A stretch of DNA of 63,756 bases, filler included, from Chiloscyllium plagiosum (GCF_004010195.1; 4 parts of 2 records of this genome joined end to end with filler, not necessarily neighbours in it), one strand, 5' to 3'. Shown: positions 36,966 to 49,121, numbered from the whole stretch's first letter. A program made the numbers and translations. Notes: a model not told the origin generated them from the sequence alone.

Positions 36966-37385
36966 AGCAGCATCATGACTTGATGCTGGGTTCAGTGTAA
37001 TCTTATAGGCTACAGCTCTTCATCTGTCCTCCCTTTCAGCAGCACCTCACAACATTCATTTCACTCCCACGTGAGCACTCTGAGCAGTTGACAGCTCCAA
37101 TACACCCTTCAATATCACATCATTGAGACCCATTGACCATTATTCTGCTTCATTCAAACACACTCTTCCACCATCATACTCTGCACTAACTCTTCCATTA
37201 TAATACCACTTGTTCAAAAAACTCCTCCTCAAATATTCTTGAATTCAAGTTAAGTCTGGAAGGCTGTAAAATATCCAACCAGCAGCTGATGATCTTCTTC
37301 CTTATACTTACTTTGAAGTTCATTTGAAAGGTTAGGAGGCCATAAACTCAGAGGTCAAATAAGAGCGGGGCATAGAATTAAAATG

Positions 37386-37662
37386 GCAAACCCACCAACA
37401 CACTAAAACAGCAGCTAATGAACTTGAAAGACCCCGTACAGACAACAAGCAAAACTAGTGTCATTTACAAAATACCGTGCAAGAACTGTAACAAACACTA
37501 CATTAGACAAACAGGCAGAAGACTAGCCACCAGGATACATGAACACCAACTAGCCACAAAACGACATGACCCTCTCTCACTAGCATCCTTTCATACAGAT
37601 GAGGAAGGACACCACTTCAACTGGGACAACACATCCATCCTAGGACAAGCCAAACAAAGACA
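37386..37662 (+). mobile_element. Penelope-like element GIY-YIG endonuclease fragment
   Basis: KDP...SVIYKIPCKNCNKHYIRQTGRRLATRIHEH..S..H...GHHFNWDNTSIL (VIY..CxxC..YIGQT..R..EH motif). Confidence 0.9.
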
Positions 37663-37771
37663 CCCTGACAAAATTCCAGCAATAGCAATGAGCCATTGTG
37701 CTCCTAAAGTCTTTCTTTATCTTTTTTTTTCCTTTTTACATACATTATAAAAGCTTTTATGTTTAAATGTA

Positions 37772-37935
37772 GAGAGAAAGTAGAGTTAACATTTCAGGTC
37801 TGGTGACTCTTCTTAAGTTCTAAAGGAGGGTCACTGGATCCCAAATGCTAGCTCTGCTTTCTCTGCACATATGCTCTGAGGTTTCTCTCGCAATGTCTGG
37901 TTTTGTTTCTAATTTCTAGCATCCACAGTTCTTTG
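37772..37935. mobile_element. PLE family C fold-back remnant
   Basis: agagagaaagtagagttaacatttcaggtctggtgactcttct | ..gagggtcactggatcccaaatgctagctctgctttctct; degenerate hammerhead on each arm. Confidence 0.7.
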
Positions 37936-37980
37936 GGTTTTTAAAAAAATGTTTATATGTTTCACTTTCTTCAGTTTCAG

Positions 37981-38760
37981 AGTGACTCAGTGGTTAGCAC
38001 TGCTACCTCACAGCACTAGGGGCCAGAGTTCAATTCCAGCCTCAGGTGCTTGGCTGTGTGGAGTTTGCACATTCTCTGTGGGTTTCCTCCCAAAGATGTG
38101 CAGGTTTGACCATGGGAAATGTAGGGATTGGGTGGGAGGGTCAGTGTGGGCTGAATGGACCTGCTTCCATGCTGTAAAGATTCTAAGATTCTTGGTCCTT
38201 CTTTGATGAATTCTGAAATGTTCCCAATCTTCATAGTTATTACTTTTTTGATGACTTTGAACTCATGCAATCTTTAATGTCTTTTGTTAGCCATGGTTGA
38301 CTCGCTTTCCTGTTGTGTTTTGGTCCGTCAAGCGAATATAAATTTTTGAAATAATTATTCTTTAAATGCTAGCCATTGCCTGGCTTAGTGTAGTTCCCCA
38401 ATCTACCCAAATAATCTCCCCTTCATACTTTTGCAGTTTCCTTTGGTTAGATTGAAGAACAGCATCATTTTCACACCTCATTGCAAACTCCATCATGTTA
38501 TGGTGACTCATTAACAAAGGCTCCTTTATAGTGAAATTCTGAAAGCGTTCTTACACTTACATTATACTAGATTTAAAATTACCTGTTCTCTAGTTGGTTC
38601 CACAACAGTATGTTCTGGAAAACCATGCTGTATACATTCCTGGAAATTGTCCGTAACAGCATTAGAGCAAATTAGGGTTACCCAATCCAAATTTAAATTC
38701 AAATCTCCCATGATGATGGTATTGTCCTTGTTACATACACCTCTAATTTCTAGATTTAAA
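37981..38760. mobile_element. Truncated HE1-like SINE (+, 37981-38190) followed by old minus-strand CR1 endonuclease-region sequence
   Basis: ctcagtggttagcactgct..tgtggagtttgcacattc; minus strand TIIMGDLNL pattern near 38690-38725. Confidence 0.7.
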
Positions 38761-39783
38761 ATGCCCTACATTTCTACTNNNNNNNNNNNNNNNNNNNNNN
38801 NNNNNNNNNNNNNNNNNNNNNNNNNNNNNNNNNNNNNNNNNNNNNNNNNNNNNNNNNNNNNNNNNNNNNNNNNNNNNNNNNNNNNNNNNNNNNNNNNNNN
38901 NNNNNNNNNNNNNNNNNNNNNNNNNNNNNNNNNNNNNNNNNNNNNNNNNNNNNNNNNNNNNNNNNNNNNNNNNNNNNNNNNNNNNNNNNNNNNNNNNNNN
39001 NNNNNNNNNNNNNNNNNNNNNNNNNNNNNNNNNNNNNNNNNNNNNNNNNNNNNNNNNNNNNNNNNNNNNNNNNNNNNNNNNNNNNNNNNNNNNNNNNNNN
39101 NNNNNNNNNNNNNNNNNNNNNNNNNNNNNNNNNNNNNNNNNNNNNNNNNNNNNNNNNNNNNNNNNNNNNNNNNNNNNNNNNNNNNNNNNNNNNNNNNNNN
39201 NNNNNNNNNNNNNNNNNNNNNNNNNNNNNNNNNNNNNNNNNNNNNNNNNNNNNNNNNNNNNNNNNNNNNNNNNNNNNNTAGGAAATGGAGAATCACAGGG
39301 ATAGGATGGGATGCTCTTTGGAGGGTCTGTGTGGACTCGATGGGCTGAATGGCCTGCTTCCACACTTTAGGGATTCCATATACATGCACAGGTGTTAAGG
39401 TTTGTTGTGGTTTCCTGCAGGCTGCACTACTCCAGCATCATTGTAGTCTTTGTTGTTGTATTATTCTCGAGAGCAACAGCTCTCACCTTGTGCAATAACC
39501 TTTTGTATCACCATATTCAAAGCCTTTTGGAAATACATTATGTCTATTTGTTCTCCTTTATTTTCCCTGCTCAAAGAAGTCTGTTAGAACTTTGATTTCC
39601 CTTTCACAGAAACATATTGGCTGCTTGATCATGTTACTATTTTCTAGATCAGCTGATACTTTGTTGTTAATGGTGGATTCTGGCATTGTCCCAGCGTGAG
39701 GCTGAGTGCCCTTGGTTTCCGCTAGTGGCCACTGTCCCTCACTCGAGTGATGTTCAGAAATCTCAACAATATCTTGGAGGACA

Positions 39784-40114
39784 GATTAGATTTTTTTTTA
39801 GATTACATTACAGTGTGGAAACAGGCCCGTTGGCCCAACAAGTCCACACCGTCCCGCCGAAGCACAACCCACCCATACCCCTACATTTTACCCCGAAACC
39901 TAACACCTAACACTACGGGCAATTTAGCATGGCCAATTCACCTGGCCTGCACATCTTTGGACTATGGGAGGAAACCGGAGCACCCGGAGGAAACCCACGC
40001 AGACACGGGGAGAACGTGCAAACTCCACACAGTCAGTCGCCTGAGGCGGGAATTGAACCCGGGTCTCAGGCGCTGTGAGGCAGCAATGCTAACCACTGTG
40101 CCACCGTGCCGCCC
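39784..40114 (-). mobile_element. HE1-like SINE, young copy
   Basis: CpG-rich, complete head (gggcggcacggtggcacagtggttagc on minus strand) and tail. Confidence 0.92.
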
Positions 40115-40476
40115 AATTACTGAACTGTTGCTTAATGCAGACTATCATCCACAGCCACAATAGCAATATCTGCTCCTCATGACCTCACTCCGATTTTGAG
40201 TGACTGTGTTCATAGTAAGTTGTTAGATCATAAATCAGGGCTGGCTGAATGAATGTGTGAATGGATTCAACCACCATTTCCATGCAGACTGGAAGGAGAA
40301 GGGTACTCGAGTAATATTATGGTGCTGAGATAGGGAAAGTCAAAGATTATCCGATCCTGTGATTCAGGGATGTGAAAGAAGATTAGGTATGAGGATAGCA
40401 TGATCTTAAGTGGGCTCCACCTACTGTTAGACATGGCCTGAACAGTGACTGAGCCAATAATTGCAGCATTAGGACA

Positions 40477-40619
40477 CACTACCACCAGCACACTACCACC
40501 CCCCTTACCACCATCACCACCACCATCACCACCACCATCACCACCACCACCACCATCACCACCACCACCACCACCACCATCACCACCACCACCACCACCA
40601 TCACTACCACCACCATCAT
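40477..40619. repeat. (CAC)n trinucleotide tract ending just before an AG|GTAAGT donor-like site
   Basis: Read directly. Confidence 0.92.
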
Positions 40620-41288
40620 GATAGGTAAGTTTGCTCTACTTCATTTTATTTTAATCTTGGAATGGTTGATGCTAATATAAACAGGTGTACATTTTGATGC
40701 AGAAATAATGAAACATGAAATCTAATGAATGATTTGAGATGCCTCTCGTTGAATGTTATATTTTAGTAATACACCAATCTGAATTAGAAAAGGTGACTTT
40801 GGTTCGTGGCTTTAGGATTTGGACTGTATAATTTATGCATTTATTAATCTAATGTATCAAACTTTAATTTGTAAGAATTCTCATTCCTGACTTTTAAATC
40901 AATCTATAATTGAATATATCATTTTAAGTTCATGTCTCCTTTGCGGGAACTGCTGTATCCCTCAAAATCCACTGCCAGATAACCTAATGTACTTGGCATA
41001 CATCTCCTGAGGATTTTATATTGTGAATAAACTACGCTCATATACGCAGGTGTTGCGACTATCAGATCTTCCTAATAGAGTAAAAAATTGAAGTTATCCA
41101 TACTTTGTCATGCTGCAACAAATAAAGTACTGATCTCTGAATTAAATGTTAAATATTTGTTGAACTCCATTTGTCACTCCTCTGCATTATGTCAATGTCT
41201 CATTGCAACCTACAACAGCTGTCCACACTGTCCACAACTCCACCAATCTTTGTGTCATTGGCAAACTTACTAACGCACTGTTCCAGTC

Positions 41289-41434
41289 CACCACCACCAC
41301 CACCACCACCACCACTACCACCACCACCACCATCACCACCACCACCACCACCACCACTACCACCACCACCACCACCACCACCACCACCATCACCACCATC
41401 ACCACCACCACCACTACCACCACCACCACCACCA
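41289..41434. repeat. (CAC)n trinucleotide tract after an old CR1 fragment
   Basis: Read directly; explains the poly-P/T/V ORFs. Confidence 0.95.
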
Positions 41435-42794
41435 TTTGATTCTTTCCTGCTGCCTTAAGCTGTGTACCATCTTGTCTGCAAGTCAATGGGAAGTGTTTCA
41501 GGAAGCACTGTCAATCTATTTGGGTGAATGGATGAATATATGCCAGTGTGTGAGGTGAGGTGTGTGATGGTACAGTGGACCAGATGAATTTTAGAGATGA
41601 GTCCCTCATTGATAAAATGTTTTGGTGGGTGAATGATGGGCCTGTGGTGAATTGAGCAGGCTGTGAGTTGACTGGTAGAGTTCCTACTGCGCAGTATTTG
41701 AGGACATGACCTCCACATTGCTCACACTGGCTAGCTGCTCCCACTGCCTTCTGACCTTGTGTTTGGAGGGTGTTCTCCTAATTTGCATATCCTTCAGTTG
41801 TATCTGAAAACATTGTAGCCCACTCCCCCAACGTTTTGTCACTCTCTAGTATTTCCCTGGCCAGGATTACTTACCATTCCAGCCACAACACACCTCCACT
41901 CTGACAAAGTGCCAGCAGGCGTTAATCACTGCAGTGTAATTTAAAGCAATGCTAGCCTCTCACAGCATTAACCCTTTCCTAATGAGTCCATTAATTCCCA
42001 CAGTATAGTGGCGTTGACTGGCCCCTGAGATCGGTGAAATGAGCAGACTGTGGTGTGCTTCTGGCATTTCAATCACTAGGCAACGGTAAATTGTGGATCA
42101 CAGTCACTCGAACTCTTTGATGATTGTAGCATCTCAGACAGAACACTATGCTGTTACTCACAATCCAGTTTCCAGTGAAATAGTACACAGCAGAGCTGTC
42201 ATCTTTTTCCATCTCACTTAGATACCAAAATCAAATGATAATATCCAAACAGTAAATTTGTCAAGAAGAGTGGCAGCCGTATGTGCTTATTTCAAGTAGG
42301 AGTTTACTTTCAATTGCCAAACATTTTCTTTACTACTTTTCTTTTTTGGCGATACATTCTGTCACTGTAAGCAGTGATGATCATGGAATCCAGATCAGAA
42401 CATTCAATAGTTGTCTTTTTTTGTTCATTAATGGGATGTGGCATTTCTGGCTGGGCCAGAATTTAATGCCCACCCCTTGTTGTGTTTGAGCGAATGAGGT
42501 GCCTTATTGAAGCACTGCGTTCCAATGGTGGAGGCAGGCCCACAATGCTCTTCAAAAGGCTCTTGCAGGACTTTGACCCAGCAACAGTGAAAGAGCGGAA
42601 GTAGTGAATGGCTCGGAGTGGACCTTGCAGGGGATGGTGTTCCCATGTATCTGCTGCTCTTGTCCTTTTAGATGGAAGTGGTCATGGGTTTGGAAGGTGC
42701 TGTCGAAGATGCTGCCTTGGTAATTTCCTGCAGTGAACGTTGTAGCTGATGCACACAGAGTGTTGGTGGTGGAGGGAGTGAATGTTTGGCGATG

Positions 42795-42980
42795 ATTTGG
42801 AGACACCGGTGTTGGACTGGGGTGTACAAAGTTAAAAATCTCACAACACCAGATTATAGTTCAACAGGTTTAATTGGAAACACTAGCTTTTGGAGCGCTG
42901 CTCCTTCATCAGGTGGTTGTGGACAAAAGCTAGTGTTTCCAAATAAACCTGTTGGACTATAACCTGGTGTTGTGTGATTT
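42795..42980. mobile_element. PLE family B fold-back element
   Basis: Arms 42836-42891 and 42925-42980; flanking atgtttg at 42782-42788 and 42981-42987; minus-strand hammerhead with GAAA changed to AAAA. Confidence 0.83.
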
Positions 42981-43871
42981 ATGTTTGTAGATGTGAAGTA
43001 TTATGGGTGGGGTTGAGGGGGGAAAGGAAAACATCTCATTCTCCACAATATGCAAGCTTATTCCATTAGGTTCCTTCTGTTCGGTGCAGTTGGGTGACAT
43101 TTCGGAATAGAATGGGCATCAACTGGGGACCTAGTGGAATGTCGGTGCTTACAGTGGGGGTTTGACAGTCATGGGAGCTTCACTCTACAAGACTTTGCTT
43201 AGAATTACAGTCAGGCTCCAAACATTCCCGATGGAGATGTTTAAAAAAAGTCACAATTCTGCTTCTTTCCAAGAGTATATAGATCATCTCCTTAGGAAAA
43301 GGTTAAAATTCCAATTAATATGAAACAATGGGATTGTGAGAGGTAATATGGCCTCTCCATTTTAACTAGGGTTTAATTAGTTCGACTGAACCAAAAGATC
43401 ATATTTTGTTGTTGTTCAACATTTTCCTTTACATTAATTGGAACAGTTCTGGGAGAATAACCACAATAATGACTGAATGAATTATTGATTTCTTCTTTGT
43501 ACCTGATCAAGTTAATTCCTGAGGAAGACCCCTCAAGGATTTTAACACTACCCACCTCTCAGAAACCAGTCAGACATGCTGTGGTCAATTGTCAAGTAAC
43601 TCACCTGCTCTGAAGTCCTTGCAAATGGATAAACTCCAATTTTCAGTTGTTCACCTGAGTAGGGGCTAAGAATACCCAATCAAAAATACCCAATCATTTC
43701 TTTACCATACCTGGTGTAACCTTTAACTCATTGCAGCCCAGTGCAGAGAAACTTTGTACCCATTAGAGACTCCAAATAGATGTTTTTTAATGGTTCCCTG
43801 GACCAAGAGAAGCAGATGCAATCCTCTAGACCCACATATAAAGCTATGGCCTCGCAGCTTCGGATATGTCC

Positions 43872-43938
43872 CTACCACATCCCAGCACCCCCAGCACCCC
43901 CACCACATCCCAGCACCCCCACCACATCCCAGCACCCC
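43872..43938. repeat. C-rich minisatellite (caccacatcccagcacccc) running into a gap
   Basis: Read directly. Confidence 0.8.
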
Positions 43939-44038
43939 NNNNNNNNNNNNNNNNNNNNNNNNNNNNNNNNNNNNNNNNNNNNTTAATTAATTAANNNNNN
44001 NNNNNNNNNNNNNNNNNNNNNNNNNNNNNNNNNNNNNN

Positions 44039-44303
44039 TCAGCACCGCCTTCCTAACCTGCAATCTTCTTCCTGACCTCTCCGCCCCCACCCCAGTCTGA
44101 CCTATCACCCTCACCTTGACCTCTTTCCACCTATCACATTTCCGACACCCCTCCCCCAAGTCCCTCCTCCCTACCTTTTATCTTAGCTTGCTGGACACAC
44201 TTTCCTCATTCCTGAAGAAGGGCTTATGCCCGAAATGTCGATTCTCCTGTTCCCTGGATGCTGCCTGACCTGCTGCGCTTTTCCAGCAACACATTTTCAG
44301 CTC
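44039..44303 (+). mobile_element. PLE family A terminal repeat with hammerhead motif (44208-44243)
   Basis: Homologous to 4195-4450; attcCTGAAGAagggcttatgcccGAAAtgTCgatt. Confidence 0.85.
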
Positions 44304-44874
44304 ATTCCCAGCTCTAATCCATCTGGTAATTGGGACAGGAAACGTTCCTCTCCTCCAGACTGTTTTTTTTGTTACAATCTTGTTTTCCTGTTTTTTGTTC
44401 AGTTATTCACTACGTTTATTTGAACAAAATCAACACAATGGTTTGAAAGATAGACCATCCTTGTCATAAAATGTATTTATTTATGAGTGCAGAGAATGTG
44501 AGTCATGGATCATAATGTGTATCTCGTTAATAACTTGAGCCATAGAGACAAGGCAGATGCTCAGTTTAATAATCTCTCTTAGCTAGATTGACCACAGGGC
44601 TTTAGTTTTCTTTCAATCTTTCAGGAATTTTAATAAACTTCATGCTCTTTATCGCTATGGAAAAAATTCTGTTTGAAATACAGTTAAATAATTTGCTGAT
44701 AACAATTAAAGCTCAAAATTGAATTATAGTATGACTAGTTGGACAAGTATCTCAATGATGCAGTGCTTACACAACTGAATCCTGTTAGGAGAGCTTACAT
44801 TTTTTAGAAAACATGCAAGCTGCCAGTATTGTAATGTAATAGTCATCTTACTGATGTCCAGCCATGAGTTATTT

Positions 44875-45128
44875 GGTGGCTCAGTGGTTAGCACTGCAGT
44901 TATCACCAGTGCTAGGGATCTGGGTTCAATTTCAGCCTTGGGCAATTGTCTGTCTAGTCTTTGCGTGTTCTCCCTGTATCTGTGTGAGTTTCCACCCACA
45001 GTCCAGAGATGTGCAGGTTAGGTGGATTGCCCATGTGGGGATAGGTTGGGTGTCTGGGTGGGATGCTCTTTGGAGGGTCAGTGCAAACTTGATGGGCTGA
45101 ATGGCCTCTCTCCACACTGTAGGGATCC
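44875..45128 (+). mobile_element. HE1-like SINE
   Basis: ggtggctcagtggttagcactgc..ggttcaattt..tail ccacactgtagggat. Confidence 0.82.
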
Positions 45129-45407
45129 ATTGATTATTTGTCGTCAGAATCGGAGGATTGACTTGCAATTTATGGCTCCTGGACTTAACTGCTTCATTGA
45201 AATGTATCTGCCCTAATCTTTGCCAATGCAACTTGTAACTTTAATTTTCTCAGTAGGCATTTTCACAGCCACCGCATTGCTACCTATGTTTTCAATTATT
45301 CTTTCATTCCTCTTACTGCTTCCTCTTGTCACTTGTCAGCTTTTGTCTGAATAGGTTCAACATTTTCTATATTATATAAGTTTAAGTTGCCATCATGGAA
45401 TAATTAT

Positions 45408-45695
45408 TTGGAGATGCTGGTGTTGGACTGGGGTGGACGAAGTTAAAAATCACACATCATCAGGTTATAGTCCAACAGGTTTATTTGGAAGCACTAGCTT
45501 TTGAAGCGCTGCTCTTTCATCAGGTGATTATACTCCACAACCTTCAGATCAGAGACTAAGTTAAAGATGGAGCTATTGAACTCTTTGCGAAACTCGTGTA
45601 TTGCGAAGGGTCACTGGACTCAAAATGTTACCTCTGCTTTCATCCTACACATGCTGTCAGACCTGCTGAGTTCCGCTAGCAATTTTTGTTTTTGA
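45408..45695. mobile_element. PLE family B (45408-45528) and family C (45604-45695) terminal-repeat fragments
   Basis: ggagatgctggtgttggactgggg..cactagcttttgaagcgctgctctttcatcaggtg; gaagggtcactggactcaaaatgttacctctgcttt. Confidence 0.75.
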
Positions 45696-45769
45696 ACCAC
45701 ATTAGATGTTTTCTAACTCCTTAGTCTCTTGAAATCTGGAATGACTGACTTCCCCTCTGGAAGGAATCG

Positions 45770-46030
45770 AAACTGTTGAATGTTGGATCCTCAGACCCTG
45801 CCTAAAGTGGGACAGGTGATGTTTGAGGATGTGGGTGGGTAGGCTGCTTGCTTTTCCTTGTGCTGCTTCTGTTTGTTTGTCTATACCTGGGTTTGTCAGA
45901 CCCGCTCAATGTTTGATTTCTTCATAGAAGTAGCTTTGGTTAGTCTTGGGCAAGAGGTTCCCACGAAACCGTGGGGATAGTGTACTTTCTCAGGGAGGCT
46001 TTGGGGACCCCCTTCATGTTTATTTTCTGT
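45770..46030 (-). mobile_element. Probable RTE-clade LINE 3' coding fragment
   Basis: Minus strand KASLRKYTIPTVSWEPLAQD*PK resembles the RTE ORF C-terminus (K.SL....I....WE.LA.DR..WR). Confidence 0.55.
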
Positions 46031-46401
46031 TAGGAAACACTTCTACACAAACTGTGGTAGAATGCTAGATCATTTATTATTTTTAAATCTGACTTCTGGA
46101 TTTTTGTTAACCAAAGGTATTCAGAAAGTAGGACAAAGGCAGATAAATGGTTGCAGATCAACCATGATCTGGTTGAATGCCAACATAGATCTATGGGGCT
46201 AAATTGCTCTATTCCTGCTTTTATGTCCCTATAATTTGTTGTCTGTAGCTTTGGATGACCCACTGATCCACTGTGTCAACAGTCAGCTAACTGAGTGCCT
46301 TAACCTTGCCCCGGCATCTTCAGCATTCTGATGACTATAGTTAAACAGCGAGCAAATTATACAGAAATGACTTAAGAGTCTTTGTTGCCTACTGTAGATC
46401 A

Positions 46402-46735
46402 GGGAGGCAGCAGTGTAGTGGTAATGTCGCTTGACTATGAATCCAGCATCCCAGACTAATGTCCTGGTGACATGGGTTTGAATCCCCACTGTGGCAAATG
46501 TTGAAATTTTAATTCCATAAAAATCTGAAATTGTAAGCTAGTCTACCAGTGCCCGTATAATGATTGTTGTAAATACCCATGTGGCTCACTGATGTCCTTT
46601 AGGCAGGTCAAGCTGCCATCCTTATCTGGTCTGACCTACATGTGAGTCCAGACACAAAACAATGTGTTTGACTCTTAACTGCCTCTAAAATGATCTAGCA
46701 AGTGACTCGGTGCGAGGTCAGTAAGGGATGGGCAC
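46402..46735 (+). mobile_element. tRNA-derived SINE with a conserved-looking central domain (family unresolved)
   Basis: gggaggcagcagtgtagtggtaatgtc..gggtttgaatccc; core tggctcactgatgtcctttagg..gtctgacctacatgtgagtccagac. Confidence 0.65.
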
Positions 46736-46816
46736 ATACATATATCCAGTAAATACATTTTAACAGGTCCACTGTAGAGTAAGTAAAAATTAGGACATTA
46801 AGATTGGGTTCATGAG

Positions 46817-47144
46817 CGGCATGGTGGCTCAGTGGTTAGCACTGCTACCTCAGCGCCAGGGGCCCGGGTTCAATTCCCGCCTTGGGCAACTGTGTGGAGT
46901 TTGCACATTCTCCCTGTGTCTGCATGGATTTCCTCCCACAGATGTGCAGGTTAGGTGATTTGGCCATGCTAAATTGCCCATAGTGTTATGTGCATTAGTC
47001 AGGGGGGAATGCCATGCTAAATTGCCCATAGTGTTATGTGCATTAGTCAGGGGGGAATGGGTCTGGGTAGGTTGCTTTTTGGAGGGTCGGTGTGGACTTA
47101 TTGGGCTGAAGGGCCTGTTTCCACACTGTAGGGAATCTAATCTA
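46817..47144 (+). mobile_element. HE1-like SINE with an internal perfect 48-bp tandem duplication
   Basis: gccatgctaaattgcccatagtgttatgtgcattagtcaggggggaat at 46963-47010 and 47011-47058. Confidence 0.9.
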
Positions 47145-48005
47145 ATAAAATAAAATCATAGTTCATATGCCATATTCTTTCTTTAGGTACCTCTTAATGA
47201 TATGAATATTAACTTTTGAAGGCATCAAACTGTCCTTCATCTGAATTAAACACTGCATTTTTTTTAAAAATGTAGTTATAGTTTTTCTGTTTTTAATGTA
47301 TCTGATGTGATAAAGGTTTGAAATTTTGTAGAAAAGACTTTGCAAGTCTCATTTAACATGATTTTTGGATTTCTTTTTAAAGAGCAAAAATAGTGACTTT
47401 GGATTCCACCAATACATTTCATGTAACTTTATGCTGTTAGGAACGGGTTTAAGTGCCAGGAATATACATGCTCTGGTCTATAGATTTGGAGCCAAACGAT
47501 GGTAATTACCTGATTTGGGTTTTGGGGGAAGTAATAGGGGAATGTGCAAATGATTGAGGAAATTTACATACATCAGAGCTTCAGTCTAAAGCTGGTGTAA
47601 ATTATTGCATATAAATTTCTGTGGGGCGAGTGGATGGGAACAGAAACAGTTCATCTCCATCTTTGCTCTGTAATTGTGCTAAATTTTCCAGGATTCTTAT
47701 GATAGTTATGTTGTATATGTACTTGACTTCTTGGTAGAGTTTTCTTTGCTTCATTGTGTATGCTTGATACTCTGTCGCATGTGTGCGCACGTGAGAGACA
47801 TTTGGTCTAAAGCTGAGATGTTAAGACTGCGTATTTGATTTGTGTGTTTGATTTGAAAACTGCAGTCACCTACTGTGTAAGTAAATTGTGTACAAATCTT
47901 AAGAGCTGTACTTTGTAACTGCTAAATAAAAACACAAATGTATAGTGTGGGCATAACTTTCTTTTAGATCCCCGGTTCACATTTATTTTTTTTCACATTG
48001 AGCAG

Positions 48006-48095
48006 GTTTTCTCTGCTGATGCTTGACCTTGAAGAATATTACTTTGACCATCACACATTTTATCATGTATTTATCAACAACAAAGGGGAAGAAAG
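48006..48095 (+). CDS. NSMAF: Protein FAN (neutral sphingomyelinase activation-associated factor), coding exon equivalent to human exon 2
   Basis: Acceptor ttttttcacattgagcAG, donor GTactg; 90 nt, phase 2-2; (R)FSLLMLDLEEYYFDHHTFYHVFINNKGEE(R), matching recalled human RFSLLLLNLEEYYFEQH. Confidence 0.93.
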
Positions 48096-48793
48096 GTACT
48101 GTATGGAATCTTGAAATGTCAATTTAACTTATTGTATTGTGTAAGTGATACCTGCCTCTGACTGTGTATGTATTCAAGCAGGAGAGTTAAAATGTCTCAG
48201 CTTACTGGTTGCCTGGCAATTGGGAGGCTGTGTGAAGTATAACTATGATCTGTAAAGCAGTTAATTTGAAGCTAAGAAAAAAAATAGCATGCATTGTGGA
48301 GACTAATGCTCCCTGAAATTTGTTACAAATTGGAACATTCCTTAGTTTTAAGCATACTGTGTGCTAGGATCTGAGTTGAATTTCTAGACTTTGATCCAAA
48401 TGGTTAAAGGCCAAATACTTTAACCCATAATTGAAAATAATTAAATTCTGCACTAAAAAAGTGGGAAAATTGCCACAATTGACGTCTTTCAATATCGATT
48501 TGGGAGAAGGTTCAGCACTGTCACTTTTTGGATTGACATCTAGTTGCTGGGACTGGCTGCAGATGAATGTTAGTTGAGACCACTGTTGCTGTTATTGCTA
48601 CTCATGATGAATGATCACTTGGGAGAGGGCTGCCAGTACTGGTGGCATGTCTTCAATCATTTATGGATTATTTTTGGATAAGAAAGAGATACCATTTTTA
48701 ACATTGATGTCAAACTTTCTTTGTGGTGTACATTTGAAAATAAGTAAAAAGTTCACATCTAGTGAGATCCTTTTCCCTATCTTGTAAAGTATT

Positions 48794-49007
48794 AAGTTAA
48801 AAATCACATAACACCAGGTTATAGTCCAACAGGTTTAATTGGAAGCACTAGCTTTCGGAGCGACGCTCCTTCATCAGGTGATTGTGATCAGGTGAAGGAG
48901 CGTCGCTCCGAAAGCTAGTGTGCTTCCAATTAAACCTGTTGGACTATAACCTGGCGTTGTGTGATTTTTAACTTTGTACACCCCAGTCCAACACCAGCAT
49001 CTCCGAA
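48794..49007. mobile_element. PLE family B fold-back element in NSMAF intron 2
   Basis: Arms 48794-48873 and 48893-48974 nearly perfectly inverted; TSD ttgtaaagtatt at 48782-48793 and 49008-49019. Confidence 0.9.
48846..48880 (-). ncRNA. Minimal type-I hammerhead ribozyme motif (PLE family B), intact
   Basis: Reverse complement: cac-CUGAUGA-a-ggagc(gtc)gctcc-GAAA-gc-UA-gtg; helix I cac/gtg, palindromic AGCU in place of helix III. Confidence 0.85.
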
Positions 49008-49121
49008 TTGTAAAGTATTGTGTGCCTCAGTCAGTTATTTGTCCGAGTTGATGTTTATTTTCTTGAAATGGTTGACATTTTGTAAGAAGCTGAACTTGGT
49101 TAGTTTTGGTTTTTATTAAAG

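Noticed and set aside
41171..41486. Poly-Pro (formin/extensin-like), poly-Thr and poly-Val ORFs
   Set aside because: Translations of a (CAC)n tract attached to a CR1 remnant; no convincing splice sites
42222..42278. 57-nt exon-like segment (IPKSNDNIQTVNLSRRVAA) with a good acceptor
   Set aside because: Open only in phase 0-0, incompatible with the phase-2 start of NSMAF exon 2; no recognisable homology
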